A stretch of 64,000 nt of DNA from Candidatus Poribacteria bacterium (GTDB lineage Bacteria; Poribacteria; WGA-4E; UBA9662): NCBI GenBank assembly GCA_046582655.1, contig JAYGDX010000063.1, positions 32,001 to 96,000 of the forward strand, written 5' to 3'. The notes below the pieces were generated by a model. The model saw only the letters and a list, made by a program, of their open reading frames with translations, was not told the origin of the DNA and did no database searches. The translations under genes and the position numbers were made by a program. Positions 10,737 through 20,822 of the stretch are shown here, in pieces. Each line of letters starts with the position of its first letter. Within the stretch, counting starts at the first letter, position 1.

Positions 10737-11081
10737 CTATCCTTGATTTTCCTTGAGTAGCTGGTCAATATACATCAACTGCTCAACTGATTGATCTAGC
10801 TTGAACCTCAATTCAGGTGCAGTTCGCAAGCCGAGCCGATGGCTAATCTCACGACGGATAAAACCGTTCGCGCTCTCAAGCCCATCAAGCCCATCACTTT
10901 TTTGCTGATCATCTCCCAGAATACTCACTTTAACGTTAGCATAACTCAGGTCTGGTGACACTTCAACGTGTGTCACACTACAAAATTTCACACGCGGATC
11001 CTTCACTTCATTCAGAAGAAGATAGCCTAATTCTCTCTGAATCTGGGATGCAACACGGTCTCTACGCCTCTGTCCGGCCAT
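10737..11081 (-). CDS. rbfA: Ribosome-binding factor A
   Basis: KDPRV...VEVSPDLSYA...LGLRTAPELRFKLD. Confidence 0.96.
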   Translation of the reverse strand: MAGQRRRDRVASQIQRELGYLLLNEVKDPRVKFCSVTHVEVSPDLSYANVKVSILGDDQQKSDGLDGLESANGFIRREISHRLGLRTAPELRFKLDQSVEQLMYIDQLLKENQG

Positions 11082-11095
11082 TTTCTCCCCAGCAT

Positions 11096-11311
11096 TTAAT
11101 CAGTCAACTCAATCTTATAATCGATCAATTCCACCAGATGTGCCTGCTCAACAAATGTTACAACATGAGACAAAATTCTATCTAAATGATGTTGGTCAAC
11201 CGGACACAAATGCAACACCGATCAATAACATTTTTGATCACATGCCGCTTATCCTTTAAAGACTGGCTTTGGAGGACACACAAGTTGATAGTACAAACCC
11301 CAAACATGCAT
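11096..11311 (-). pseudogene. DUF503 (YlxP-like) remnant with an internal deletion and frameshift
   Basis: Pieces in different frames read GVCTINLCVLQSQSLKDKRHVIKNVIDR / IGVAFVS / DQHHLDRILSHVVTFVEQAHLVELIDYKIELTD*. This is the usual DUF503 position between infB and rbfA. Confidence 0.8.
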
Positions 11312-11317
11312 AGAATA

Positions 11318-13516
11318 CTATGAACTTAGCGTTCGAGCAACACGTTCGAGCGTATAACATTCCAGTGTATCATCGACCCTAACATCGTCAAAGTCGCTAA
11401 TACCGATACCACACTCATAGTTCGTGGAAACTTGGTTCACATCGTCCTTAAATCTTCGAAGGGATTCTATTTTCCCTTCGTATATCAGGATACTGTCTCT
11501 GAGGACACGAACGGGATAGTTGTAGTTCACGATCCCCCAATTCACATAGCTCCCAGCAATTGTGCCAGCACGAGGCACTTTAAAGGTCTCTCGAACCACA
11601 GCACGACCAACAATGACTTCCCTCATTTCAGGTTCGAGTAGTCCTTCCATTGCTGCTCTAATGTCACTGATCAATTCATAAATGACGGAATACGTTCGGA
11701 CATCAATATTTTCCTGTGTACTTAACTGCATGGCTTCTGTTGTTGGCCGCACATTAAATCCAACAACGATTGCGCTTGAGGCTACAGCTAGCAGAATGTC
11801 AGCTTCAGTAATCCCTCCAACCGCACCACGTATTATACTGACTCCCACTTTATCGGCACTCAACTTCAGCAGTTCACCACTGATTGCTTGAACCGACCCT
11901 TTTGCATCTCCCTTCATAATCACATTTAATTCTTTAACTTCTCCAGTGCGGACCTTATCAAACAAATCTTCAAGACTAACTTGACTTTTCGGACCAAGTT
12001 GTGATTGTCGATACTCACCCCGCCGCTTACCACTAATTTTCTTAGCATCTGCCTCCGAAGAGACGACATTAAATCGATCTCCAGCTTCCGGAACACCGGT
12101 AAAACCTAGTACTTCAATCGGAGTAGACGGACCGGCCTCTTTAAGATGTTTATTCTGATCATTAATCATCGCACGAACCCTACCACTATACATGCCGGCA
12201 ATGAAGGGGTTGCCAATTTCCAATGTACCATCTTGTACTAGAACGGTGGCCGCGACGCCTCTTCCACGATCTAATTTAGCTTCAAGGATCGTACCGCTTG
12301 CGTTCCGATTCGGATTACTGCTTAACTCAAGAAGCTCAGCCTCAAGCAACAACATTTCTAGAAGATCCTCAATACCAGTATGCTCTAGGGCAGAGACTTC
12401 AACAAAGATAGTTGAACCGCCCCATTCTTCTGGTGAAAGTCCATGTTCCATCAACTGTTGCTTGACACGGTCAGGGTTTGCATTAGCAATATCAATTTTA
12501 TTGACGACTACGATAATTGGAACATCTGCCGCTTTCGCGTGATCAATGGCTTCAATTGTTTGAGGCATCACTCCGTCATCAGCAGCAACAACAAGCACAA
12601 CGATATCAGTTACTTGCGCTCCACGGGCACGCATAGCAGTGAATGCCGCATGCCCCGGCGTGTCAAGAAAAACAAGATTCCCACTGTCGTATTCAACATG
12701 ATATGCTCCAATGTGCTGTGTCATACTTCCAGCTTCGGTGTCTATTACATTAGTATCACGAATCGCATCGAGAAGAGACGTTTTACCATGGTCTACATGC
12801 CCCATAATGGTAACAACTGGAGCACGAGGTGCCAGGTCTTCAGGATCATCTGACTCCTCCATTTCAGCTAGGATCTTCTCTTCAAGTGTTAACTGACGAA
12901 CCGGTTCGAAATCAAATTGATCTGAAATGGCAATTAGGGTTTCATAATCTAAGCTTTGATTTACGTTTGCCATCACTCCAATTCCCATAAGACTCATAAT
13001 CAGTTCTGTGCTTTTCAATTCTCCCAGCTGCGATGCAAGCTGGCCAACAGTTATACCCTCCTGTATTTGACGGGGAACATTGTCGGCAGGTACTGATTTC
13101 GCTTCTGTATCCTCTTCTGAAACAACTTCTGCCTCAACAGCTTTACGCTTATGTTCTTCTCCTTCCTTCTTGGTTTTGCGTTCAGGTTGATCAATCTTCG
13201 GCTCTACTTCTACTTTCGATTGCTGTTTAGCTTCGGATTTCCCTGCCTTCGCCTTGGTCAACGATACATCTTTTTCTTCTGACTTCGACCTCAAACTCCT
13301 TTGTTCTTCAATAAGTTCAACAGCCTCTGATGACAGAGAACTCATATGAGTCTTTACAATAATCCCGTATGTTTCTATTTCTTTAATTAAATCCTTACTT
13401 GTCAAATTGTATTGTTTGGCAAGTTCATGGACCCGGATATTCGGAATCCCTGTTTTGCTCTGTTTTTGTCTTGAGGTCGTTGAATTCTTTTCCATCGTAT
13501 CCCTATCTAGAACCAT
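11318..13516 (-). CDS. infB: Translation initiation factor IF-2
   Basis: IRVHELAK N-domain, [42 protein letters not shown]. The start may be the ATG at 13495. Confidence 0.98.
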   Translation of the reverse strand: MVLDRDTMEKNSTTSRQKQSKTGIPNIRVHELAKQYNLTSKDLIKEIETYGIIVKTHMSSLSSEAVELIEEQRSLRSKSEEKDVSLTKAKAGKSEAKQQSKVEVEPKIDQPERKTKKEGEEHKRKAVEAEVVSEEDTEAKSVPADNVPRQIQEGITVGQLASQLGELKSTELIMSLMGIGVMANVNQSLDYETLIAISDQFDFEPVRQLTLEEKILAEMEESDDPEDLAPRAPVVTIMGHVDHGKTSLLDAIRDTNVIDTEAGSMTQHIGAYHVEYDSGNLVFLDTPGHAAFTAMRARGAQVTDIVVLVVAADDGVMPQTIEAIDHAKAADVPIIVVVNKIDIANANPDRVKQQLMEHGLSPEEWGGSTIFVEVSALEHTGIEDLLEMLLLEAELLELSSNPNRNASGTILEAKLDRGRGVAATVLVQDGTLEIGNPFIAGMYSGRVRAMINDQNKHLKEAGPSTPIEVLGFTGVPEAGDRFNVVSSEADAKKISGKRRGEYRQSQLGPKSQVSLEDLFDKVRTGEVKELNVIMKGDAKGSVQAISGELLKLSADKVGVSIIRGAVGGITEADILLAVASSAIVVGFNVRPTTEAMQLSTQENIDVRTYSVIYELISDIRAAMEGLLEPEMREVIVGRAVVRETFKVPRAGTIAGSYVNWGIVNYNYPVRVLRDSILIYEGKIESLRRFKDDVNQVSTNYECGIGISDFDDVRVDDTLECYTLERVARTLSS

Positions 13517-13591
13517 ATCGTTGATAGCTTAATTTACACCTGTCGTTTTGGTTTCCAATGTACTCTTGGACTCGACGACAGAATCATTATC

Positions 13592-14761
13592 TCATTCTTC
13601 ATCTTCATCTTCATCAGGCGATTCAGACTTGAAAACTTGGGCGACATCCTTCTTCATTTGCTCCATTGCTTCATCTTCATCAGGCGAATCAGACTTGAAA
13701 ACTTGGGCGACATCCTTCTTCATTTGCTCCATTGCTTCAGCTTCGCCCTTAACGTCCAATCTCCAGTTAGTGAGCCGACTAGAAAGACGTACATTTTGCC
13801 CACGCCTACCAATGGCAAGGGACAATTGATCTTCAGGAACTATAACTTCCGCAGATTGCTCTTCCTTGTGAATATTAACGTGCGATACATTGGCAGGCTG
13901 AAGTGAGTTTTTGATGTAAGTTCCAATATCTTCATGCCAACGAATGAGCTCAATCTTCTCACCATCAAGCTCATCGACAATAGTTCTTACCCGAGAACCT
14001 CTAACACCCACACATGTACCAACCGGATCAATACTTGAATCGTGTGAGTAAACAGCAACTTTCGATCTATCTCCTGGATCCCGAGCAACAGCGCGAATTT
14101 CAACCAAACCATCCTCTATCTCTGGGACTTCCATCTCAAAAAGCTGAATCACCAAAGAATTATGGTTTCGAGAAAGAAGAATTTGCAATCCACGCTCATC
14201 ATTTTCGACACTCATGATGACACACTTTAAGGCATCACCTCGCCTGTATCCTGCGTTGCGATTAAACTCGCCATCAATTAAAATCCCTTCTGTTCGGTCC
14301 AAGTCAATAATGATGGCATTCCGATCAATACGTTGGACATATCCAGTAATAATTTCACCTTCACGCTCTTTGTATTCTTGATAGATTTGTTCCCTTTCAG
14401 CTTCTTTGATCTTTTGAACAAGAACTTGTCTGGCAGTTTGCGCTTCAATACGGCCAAAATCTCCAGTATTGACCTCAACTTGAATAGTATCATCGACTTT
14501 TACATTTGGATCAATCTTTCGTGCTTCTTCAATAGATATTTCCCTAGCGAAACTATGCATAATATCAACTACCTTTTTGGGAACATAGCAAAAAATTTGC
14601 CCGGTTTCAGGATCCAGCTCAATTGACACCTCCTCAGTTGAACCGTAACGCCTCTTAGCAGCCTGCATCAGTGCAGATTGAATAGCGTCAAGAAAGATCT
14701 CTTGAGGAAGATCTGTCTGATCCATCATTTGCCGAACAGTTGCGATGAGGTCACCTGTCAT
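13592..14761 (-). CDS. nusA: Transcription termination/antitermination factor NusA
   Basis: FGRIEAQTARQV, ARDPGDRSKVAV, DPVGTCVGVRGSRV, LSLAIGRRGQNVRL. Confidence 0.97.
   Translation of the reverse strand: MTGDLIATVRQMMDQTDLPQEIFLDAIQSALMQAAKRRYGSTEEVSIELDPETGQIFCYVPKKVVDIMHSFAREISIEEARKIDPNVKVDDTIQVEVNTGDFGRIEAQTARQVLVQKIKEAEREQIYQEYKEREGEIITGYVQRIDRNAIIIDLDRTEGILIDGEFNRNAGYRRGDALKCVIMSVENDERGLQILLSRNHNSLVIQLFEMEVPEIEDGLVEIRAVARDPGDRSKVAVYSHDSSIDPVGTCVGVRGSRVRTIVDELDGEKIELIRWHEDIGTYIKNSLQPANVSHVNIHKEEQSAEVIVPEDQLSLAIGRRGQNVRLSSRLTNWRLDVKGEAEAMEQMKKDVAQVFKSDSPDEDEAMEQMKKDVAQVFKSESPDEDEDEE
13603..13739. repeat. 66-bp tandem duplication (2 copies, 1 mismatch) in the nusA 3' end
   Basis: Direct comparison gives a period of 66 with a single difference at 13622/13688; encodes EAMEQMKKDVAQVFKS[DE]SPDED twice. 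Confidence 0.95.
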
Positions 14762-14792
14762 TGTTCTTTCCCCACATATATTAAGAATTTTT

Positions 14793-15254
14793 CTACCAAG
14801 TTAGCTTAGCAGTTGCTTGTTTTACCTTTGAAATGCTGATTTGAATAACTCCGTCAGATGAATGCTGAAGCGTGACTTTTTTTGAATCAACTCTTTTTAA
14901 AACACCGTTTGTCTTCTTAATTTTTTCCTCTGAGTCCGACTGGAATCTTATCTCAATTGTGCGGCCAAGATTACGCCGGAAATCTGCTTTGGTCACGATT
15001 GGGCGATCTAAACCAGGTGATGCCACCTCAAGATCCCAACTGTGCTTGATTAAGCCACACACATCCAATATTGGTCTTGTACTTTCTATAACCTGCTGGC
15101 AGTCACCTAACGTTACCCCCTGCGACTTATGAATTAATAGCCTGACAGTTTTCCCATTTTTGGAATCATCTAGCTCAACATCGACTAATTCAATGCCAAG
15201 ATCCTCAAGTAACGGTATCACCAAATCTGAAACTGAAGCCCCAAACTGATCCAT
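14793..15254 (-). CDS. rimP: Ribosome maturation factor RimP
   Basis: ELVDVE...GVTLGDC...LEVASPGLDRPI; first gene of the nusA-infB operon. Confidence 0.95.
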   Translation of the reverse strand: MDQFGASVSDLVIPLLEDLGIELVDVELDDSKNGKTVRLLIHKSQGVTLGDCQQVIESTRPILDVCGLIKHSWDLEVASPGLDRPIVTKADFRRNLGRTIEIRFQSDSEEKIKKTNGVLKRVDSKKVTLQHSSDGVIQISISKVKQATAKLTW

Positions 15255-15278
15255 ATTTCCCTGAGAGACATCCTCTTT

Positions 15279-15316
15279 AAAAAAAGAAAAGAGCGGGAAA
15301 TCCTACCCCCACTCTC
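15279..15316 (-). promoter_or_regulatory. rimP leader attenuator hairpin with U-tract
   Basis: Minus strand AGAGTGGG-loop-CCCGCTCT followed by TTTCTTTTTTT, about 25 nt before the rimP ATG; matches the known widespread rimP-leader premature terminator. Confidence 0.8.
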
Positions 15317-15416
15317 TGTTCAATCTACAAAGTCAATTAAAACACTGTGCTTGTTTTCCCAAGCCGCAAAAAAGTTGCGAAACACCGAAAAAACGTTCGA
15401 TCGCAAAACCAGCTAA

Positions 15417-15445
15417 ATCCTACCACAACGACCTCAATTATGCAA
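15417..15445 (-). promoter_or_regulatory. Sigma70-type promoter of the rimP operon
   Basis: TTGCAT-17 bp-TAGGAT with an extended TG. Confidence 0.6.
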
Positions 15446-15497
15446 GGGGAAATTAACTACCAACAAGCCTATGCTTCAGCATAACGGAATTCCAAAG

Positions 15498-17231
15498 TTA
15501 GAACGAAGCTCCAAGGTTAACGTGTATCTTTCCCTGCAAAAGAGCACTTTCCCGAGAAAGAGCATAATTAATTTGAAGGATCCCTCCTTTGGATTCAATC
15601 CTAGCTCCAAGACCATATCCAACCTTAATCGGTTCAAAAATTGTCGATTTGGTTGACTTTGTCACCGAACCAATATCTACAAAACCAAAGACTTGTGATA
15701 TATAGCCTATAAGCAATCGGTATTCAATATTGCCATAAAGGCGACGTTGACCAAAAAAGAAATCTTCATCGTAGCCGCGAAGCGAGTTTGCTCCTCCGAG
15801 GGAGAACATTTCGATCCAAGGTACATCTTGGCCCCAAGCAGACGCAGCGTGTAGACCAGTTGAAATAACTTGATTCTCCCATGTTTTGATATATTGCTCC
15901 AGATCAATCCATAGCTTCCGTAATTTGAAATTGCCGCGTGAAATCTCAAAAGCAATATGATCTCTCCTCCCCCTTGTTGGCGACAAAAAATAATCCCGAC
16001 TGTCACGGATAATACTGAAAGCTACTCCATACTTCATTCCATTCAATTTCCCCGACGTTTCAATTGCTGACAAATTAATCTGCTTCAAAGATGCCGTTAA
16101 TGTACCTCTAAACACCGGATTAAAACGCGCACTGACGGTTAAACCCACCGATTTTTCTTTCGACATATTGGCACTGATTTGATCTTGTCGTTTAATCTGC
16201 TCATATTTACCACCTATCGAAATTGGTTTTCCAAGCATCCATGGTTCGGTATATGAGATCAGAACTGTCTTCAGTAAGCTAGATTTCCACCGGAAATTGA
16301 GGCGTCTTCCTGTTCCAAATAAATTCATTTCGCTAACTTTAATTAATCCGGTTAATCTTGGCATATTATCAGATTGGGAAGTGGCTGGAGCGTAACCAAT
16401 TACGCCGTTTATCCGTCCCGTACGAGCGTCAATAACTCGTGCGTGTACTTTGATTTGATTAGGAGTCTCTGCCATTTCCAGCAGGTTCGAGTTGACCTTG
16501 TAGAAATAACCCAAATTAATTAATTGGCGAAAGCTTTGATCAATCTTACGCTGATCAAAGATGTCACCAGCTTGAACCGGTAATTCCCTTAAAACGATTT
16601 TATCTTTTGTTTTTCGAGAACCACTGATTTTAACTGACGCGATTCTGATTATTTCTTTTTCGTCAATTTGCAAACGTAGATCTAATTCACAATTCTCTGA
16701 ATTTGCGACCACTTCGGCTAGCTGGACTTCGACCATTGGATGTCCTCGCTCGCTGTACAAGTTGACTGTCCTCTCAATTCCTTTTTCCAACGATGCCATA
16801 TTGAAACGCTGACCTTGACGCAAATCAATCAAGCTGAGTAAATCACGGTCGGTAAACTTTGTGTTGCCCACAATAGAAATATTGCCAAACTTTGCCGCTT
16901 CACCCTCATGAACCTTGACATGAATTTGTACGCGTTCTTTTTCAAGATCAACTTGCGGAAAAATCTCAGCAAATATTAATCCATCCTGGACGTAGCGTTC
17001 GATGATCCGATTTAAACCAACCTTTAGTTTCTCCTCATCGTATTGATCTCCCTTCTTAACGGAGATCAACTTTTGCAGAGTCCTTTGATTTATTCTTCGA
17101 TTGCCTACAAAAGATACATGATCAATCAGAATCACCGCCGAGACACCATTTACACCAGATTTTACGGCAGATGACAGAATCATCACCGCCAGTATAATTA
17201 TCACTTTACACTGAACCGATTTTCTTTCCAC
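15498..17231 (-). CDS. Omp85 (BamA/TamA-family) outer membrane protein with POTRA domains
   Basis: Repeated POTRA motifs (SFVGN, ISIVGN, KISGSRKTKD), FSLGGANSLRGY motif, C-terminal F. A GTG at 17204 overlapping the upstream pseudogene stop is an alternative start. Confidence 0.9.
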   Translation of the reverse strand: MERKSVQCKVIIILAVMILSSAVKSGVNGVSAVILIDHVSFVGNRRINQRTLQKLISVKKGDQYDEEKLKVGLNRIIERYVQDGLIFAEIFPQVDLEKERVQIHVKVHEGEAAKFGNISIVGNTKFTDRDLLSLIDLRQGQRFNMASLEKGIERTVNLYSERGHPMVEVQLAEVVANSENCELDLRLQIDEKEIIRIASVKISGSRKTKDKIVLRELPVQAGDIFDQRKIDQSFRQLINLGYFYKVNSNLLEMAETPNQIKVHARVIDARTGRINGVIGYAPATSQSDNMPRLTGLIKVSEMNLFGTGRRLNFRWKSSLLKTVLISYTEPWMLGKPISIGGKYEQIKRQDQISANMSKEKSVGLTVSARFNPVFRGTLTASLKQINLSAIETSGKLNGMKYGVAFSIIRDSRDYFLSPTRGRRDHIAFEISRGNFKLRKLWIDLEQYIKTWENQVISTGLHAASAWGQDVPWIEMFSLGGANSLRGYDEDFFFGQRRLYGNIEYRLLIGYISQVFGFVDIGSVTKSTKSTIFEPIKVGYGLGARIESKGGILQINYALSRESALLQGKIHVNLGASF

Positions 17232-17812
17232 AGGTCACCATCCATGTGATATCCTTACTTTTCCAAAAACCCTGGTTTATCTACATCGATGAATTCCATT
17301 GAACGTACACACTTTGCACCCTTCCAAGCGTAGCGTTTCGGTACGGCAAGACGTAGCGGATAATCGTGATCAACAGGAAAAATTTCCCCATTGTGCTTAT
17401 AGGAAAAAAGAGCATCATTGCTCTATAAAACGTCAATTGCAAGGTTTGTCGTGTAACCGCCATTACAATATAACATCACAAAATGTTGCTTCCGGTAACG
17501 GTTCAATACGTTGCATTACTTGGTAGGAACTGACACCCTCCCAGGCATCATCAAGACGACTCCAAGTAGTAATGCAGTGAAAATCAGCTGCCACCAAATT
17601 TTCGGCATAGCCAAAAACTCATCACACGCCCAACATATTTCAGATTTTACAAGCCCAAACACACGAAAACCCCAGCTCTCACGATTAAACTTAGGTACTT
17701 CTCATATGTTGTTAGAGCTGGAAATTTTTTCGTTAACACCTATCCGAGCGGTATTCGTCTTTGCTCATCAGCTGTTAGCGGTTCTTTATAACAGCTGATG
17801 AAATATGCTCAT
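17201..17812 (-). pseudogene. Sulfite oxidase-like molybdopterin oxidoreductase (YuiH/MsrP-like), disrupted
   Basis: Fragments across frames: RIPLG*VLTKKFPALT / EVPKFNRESWGFRVFGLV / ADFHCITTWSRLDDAWEGVS / GGYTTNL / HNGEIFPVDHDYPLRLAVPKRYAWKGAKCVRSMEFIDVDKPGFLEK*GYHMDGDLWKE. At least three in-frame stops and several frameshifts. Confidence 0.88.
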
Positions 17813-17832
17813 TAAGCACCTTCATGTATTCT

Positions 17833-17862
17833 TTGATCTATGCAAATGTTTTCTGATAGAAT
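17833..17862 (+). promoter_or_regulatory. Putative sigma70 promoter of the ECF ATPase gene
   Basis: TTGATC-18 bp-TAGAAT with an extended TG. Confidence 0.45.
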
Positions 17863-17905
17863 ATTAGCATCTCAAACTACTCCCTGCAAGAAATACTAGT
17901 AACTG

Positions 17906-19357
17906 TTGAGAGGCATGTCACAAATCGAAATTACCAACCTCAATTTCACCTATCCAGGTCGATTAGAGCCGACACTCAATCAGATCAACATTACAGTTGA
18001 AAAAGGCGATTTTATCCTGCTAAATGGTAAAACAGCTTCCGGCAAATCAACATTACTTAAGGCAATTAATGGATTAATTCCGCATGCCTCCAGTGGAGAA
18101 TTGCGAGGTAATGTGAGAATCGATAATTTTAATGTGTCAGATCTGACTTTGGCAGACATTGGCCGAAAAGTTGGACTTCTTTTTCAAAATCCAGACAATC
18201 AGCTTTTCTGTACGACTGTTGAGGACGAAATCGCCTTCGGGTTGGAAAATATGGGAATACTACCAACTCACATAGACCAGGCTATCGATGAAGCCTTAAA
18301 TCTGGTTGGGCTAGCAGAATTTCGAAAACGAGAAACATCAACTCTTTCAGGAGGGGAAAAACAGCTAATTGCACTCGCCAGTTTATTTGCAATGAAGCTA
18401 CAAATACTATTGCTAGATGAACCAACAAGTTATCTCGATGCCAATTCTAGCAGGGACATTCTACAGATTATCAGTGAATTGAACCGGAAATTTGAAATCA
18501 CAGTAATTGTTGCTACGCACCGAATACACACAATCGCAACTTTGTGTAATCGCAGATGGTCTCTAAGAAACGCAGAGATAACAGAAGAGCTATCAGTGCA
18601 CAATATCCAAGCCAAAAGAGCCGAAACCTGGAAACGTTCAGCCCCTTATATTCAAGATCGAAAAAATCTACTCAAAATGACAAATACGAGCTTTAATTAC
18701 AAGGGACAATTGGGAATCTTAGAAAACATATCACTGCAAATCGGATATGGTGAAATCATCGCATTGATGGGACAGAACGGATCCGGCAAAACAACGTTGT
18801 TGATGTTGATGGCACAATTATTACGACCAACATTCGGTGAAGTCACTTTAGATAATTTCAGGCCTAAACGAGAAGGTGACGGCAAAATCGGTCTCGTCTT
18901 TCAAAATGCGGACCTAGTCTTACAAGCCCAGACAGTTGGAGATGAAATTAGATTTGGCCCTCGAAACTTTGGACTGAAACACCATTTACTGGAAAAACGA
19001 TCAGACGATATAGCCAACATGTTTAAGATCTCCCCATATAGAAATGATCATCCATACGCTCTCTCTGGCGGCCAACGGCAACGAGTCGCCATTGCTGCCA
19101 ACTTGTCGCTTAACCCGGATCTACTCCTACTAGATGAGCCAACTACCGGTCAAGACACTGATTATCTTAACACTACAATGCAGATACTTTGCCACAAAAT
19201 CAGGAATAATAATAAAACCTTAATCTTCTCCTCCCACAATGCTGACCTCGTGTTAAGATACGCAGATCGCGTATTGATTCTAGAGCGAGGAAAACTTGTC
19301 TTTGATGACTCAATTAATAAATTTATTGATAACCACGCCGACAATTTCATACAATAG
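17906..19357 (+). CDS. ECF-type transporter ATPase with two fused ABC domains
   Basis: Walker A GKTASGKST and GQNGSGKTT; FQNPDNQLF...VEDEIAFG; LSGGE/LSGGQ; LLDEPT twice. Likely start is the ATG at 17915. Confidence 0.9.
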   Translation: MRGMSQIEITNLNFTYPGRLEPTLNQINITVEKGDFILLNGKTASGKSTLLKAINGLIPHASSGELRGNVRIDNFNVSDLTLADIGRKVGLLFQNPDNQLFCTTVEDEIAFGLENMGILPTHIDQAIDEALNLVGLAEFRKRETSTLSGGEKQLIALASLFAMKLQILLLDEPTSYLDANSSRDILQIISELNRKFEITVIVATHRIHTIATLCNRRWSLRNAEITEELSVHNIQAKRAETWKRSAPYIQDRKNLLKMTNTSFNYKGQLGILENISLQIGYGEIIALMGQNGSGKTTLLMLMAQLLRPTFGEVTLDNFRPKREGDGKIGLVFQNADLVLQAQTVGDEIRFGPRNFGLKHHLLEKRSDDIANMFKISPYRNDHPYALSGGQRQRVAIAANLSLNPDLLLLDEPTTGQDTDYLNTTMQILCHKIRNNNKTLIFSSHNADLVLRYADRVLILERGKLVFDDSINKFIDNHADNFIQ

Positions 19358-19509
19358 TTCCCCTTAGACAAAACATCAGCGTCACAATCTTAGGGTTGAT
19401 CCATCAATAGAGGCACAGGTACTACAAAATAATTTGGTCTCACCTTTAAGTCTTGCACTACCATGATTTCAGTAGTATCACCAGGAAGAATATCGTTGCT
19501 GGTTTTAAA

Positions 19510-19560
19510 TTGACGAAGTCTATTCGGTTGTGTTACGATTGGATTCCAATCAGGAATCCA
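19510..19560 (+). promoter_or_regulatory. Putative promoter followed by an 8-bp inverted repeat upstream of the GT2 operon
   Basis: TTGACG-18 bp-TACGAT with an extended TG, then TGGATTCC-aatca-GGAATCCA (19540-19560). Confidence 0.55.
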
Positions 19561-19577
19561 AAAGAGACTGATAAATA

Positions 19578-20789
19578 ATGCAATACCTTGTCGGTACATG
19601 TTACTTCCTATTAACTATGGAGATATTAATTGCACTTCGATCCTTTCTTTATGCCCGCCGTAAGCGGAAGAAAGCGCCTCACGTTTTTTTCCCTAAAGCA
19701 GCTATCATTGCACCGCACTACGGCTGGGACTGCCGAACAGAAGAAAATGTCAAACGAGTACTCGAACAAGACTATGCTGGTGAACACCTAATCTACCTAG
19801 TGACAAACTGTGTTGGTGAATCAGACTATGATAGTTCATATGAACATCTGTTAGAATTAGTGAGGGGGTACACTAACGTACAGGTTGTGCTGGCACCTAA
19901 TATTATCGACAATAATCTCCCTAGGTCGCAGAAAGTACAGAACTTGATGTCAACTATCGAATTACTTCCAAATGATATAGAAATTATCGCTTTTATTGAT
20001 GCTGATGCTGAAATACGAAGCGATTGGCTTAGTCAGCTTGTTCAGCCGCTACAGGATCCGAAAGTTGGCGCTACAGTTGGCGGACGATTCTATATTATTT
20101 CGGAAGTTAATAACTTCCTGAAAGATCTCGCTTCAATGACTGAAGCTGCATGGGTAAATTTTCAGCTTACCGCCCAAGGGGACCATCCGCTAACCATGAT
20201 CTGGGGAGGTTCAAATGCTATCAGACGAAAATTGATTGAAGATGGAAAAGTCTTAGAACGTTGGCACAATGCAGCCATCGAAGACCACAATCTGACGCTT
20301 GCAGTCAGATCACTCAGTCAGAAAATTCACTTTGTTCCAGAAGCTATCTCGATATGTCACACAAAAAACAGATCATGGAAGCAAATTCTCGAGTTTACTA
20401 ACAGGCAAACTATTATGACATACTGGATGCGACATAAAATACAATGGGCAATTCTCTTTGTCACAGCCGTTCCAAAAACATTAATTCTGATGTCTGCACC
20501 TTTTCTTGTTTTCTCGTCACGCACCGCCATGTTGCTATTCTTAATCCCTCTTCTGGAAATCCATTGCTATCGGCACTCGTTTTCCGCTTTACCAGAAGAG
20601 ATAAAACACAACCAACAGATTCAGGAAAACATCAAGCGCACATCCTTCGCTATCCCCATCTCAGGTTTTATCGCCGCTATAAACGCTGTATGGGCAATAT
20701 TTCAGAATGAGATTGTTTGGGGTAATGTACGATATAAAATCCTCTCCGATACAGAATGTCAAGTTCTAGGCAGAGTCGCTGATGAGTAA
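19578..20789 (+). CDS. Membrane GT2/GT21-like glycosyltransferase (ceramide glucosyltransferase/HpnI-like)
   Basis: N-terminal TM, QDY, KVQNL, FIDADA (DxD), LVQPLQDPKVGA, WGGSNAIRR, EDH, C-terminal TMs and IVWGNVRY. Confidence 0.8.
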   Translation: MQYLVGTCYFLLTMEILIALRSFLYARRKRKKAPHVFFPKAAIIAPHYGWDCRTEENVKRVLEQDYAGEHLIYLVTNCVGESDYDSSYEHLLELVRGYTNVQVVLAPNIIDNNLPRSQKVQNLMSTIELLPNDIEIIAFIDADAEIRSDWLSQLVQPLQDPKVGATVGGRFYIISEVNNFLKDLASMTEAAWVNFQLTAQGDHPLTMIWGGSNAIRRKLIEDGKVLERWHNAAIEDHNLTLAVRSLSQKIHFVPEAISICHTKNRSWKQILEFTNRQTIMTYWMRHKIQWAILFVTAVPKTLILMSAPFLVFSSRTAMLLFLIPLLEIHCYRHSFSALPEEIKHNQQIQENIKRTSFAIPISGFIAAINAVWAIFQNEIVWGNVRYKILSDTECQVLGRVADE

Positions 20790-20822
20790 TTACTGAATCC
20801 TAAACCAATTAGAGAAGGGAAA

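Noticed and set aside
13592..13594. Selenocysteine or genetic-code reassignment at the nusA TGA
   Set aside because: TGA is an ordinary stop for many genes here (trkH, trkA, tig), the context is a disordered acidic tail, and no SECIS-like hairpin is evident.
17281..17798. Short ORFs 17281-17463(-), 17299-17526(+) and 17511-17798(+)
   Set aside because: They are off-frame or antisense shadows of the molybdoenzyme pseudogene.
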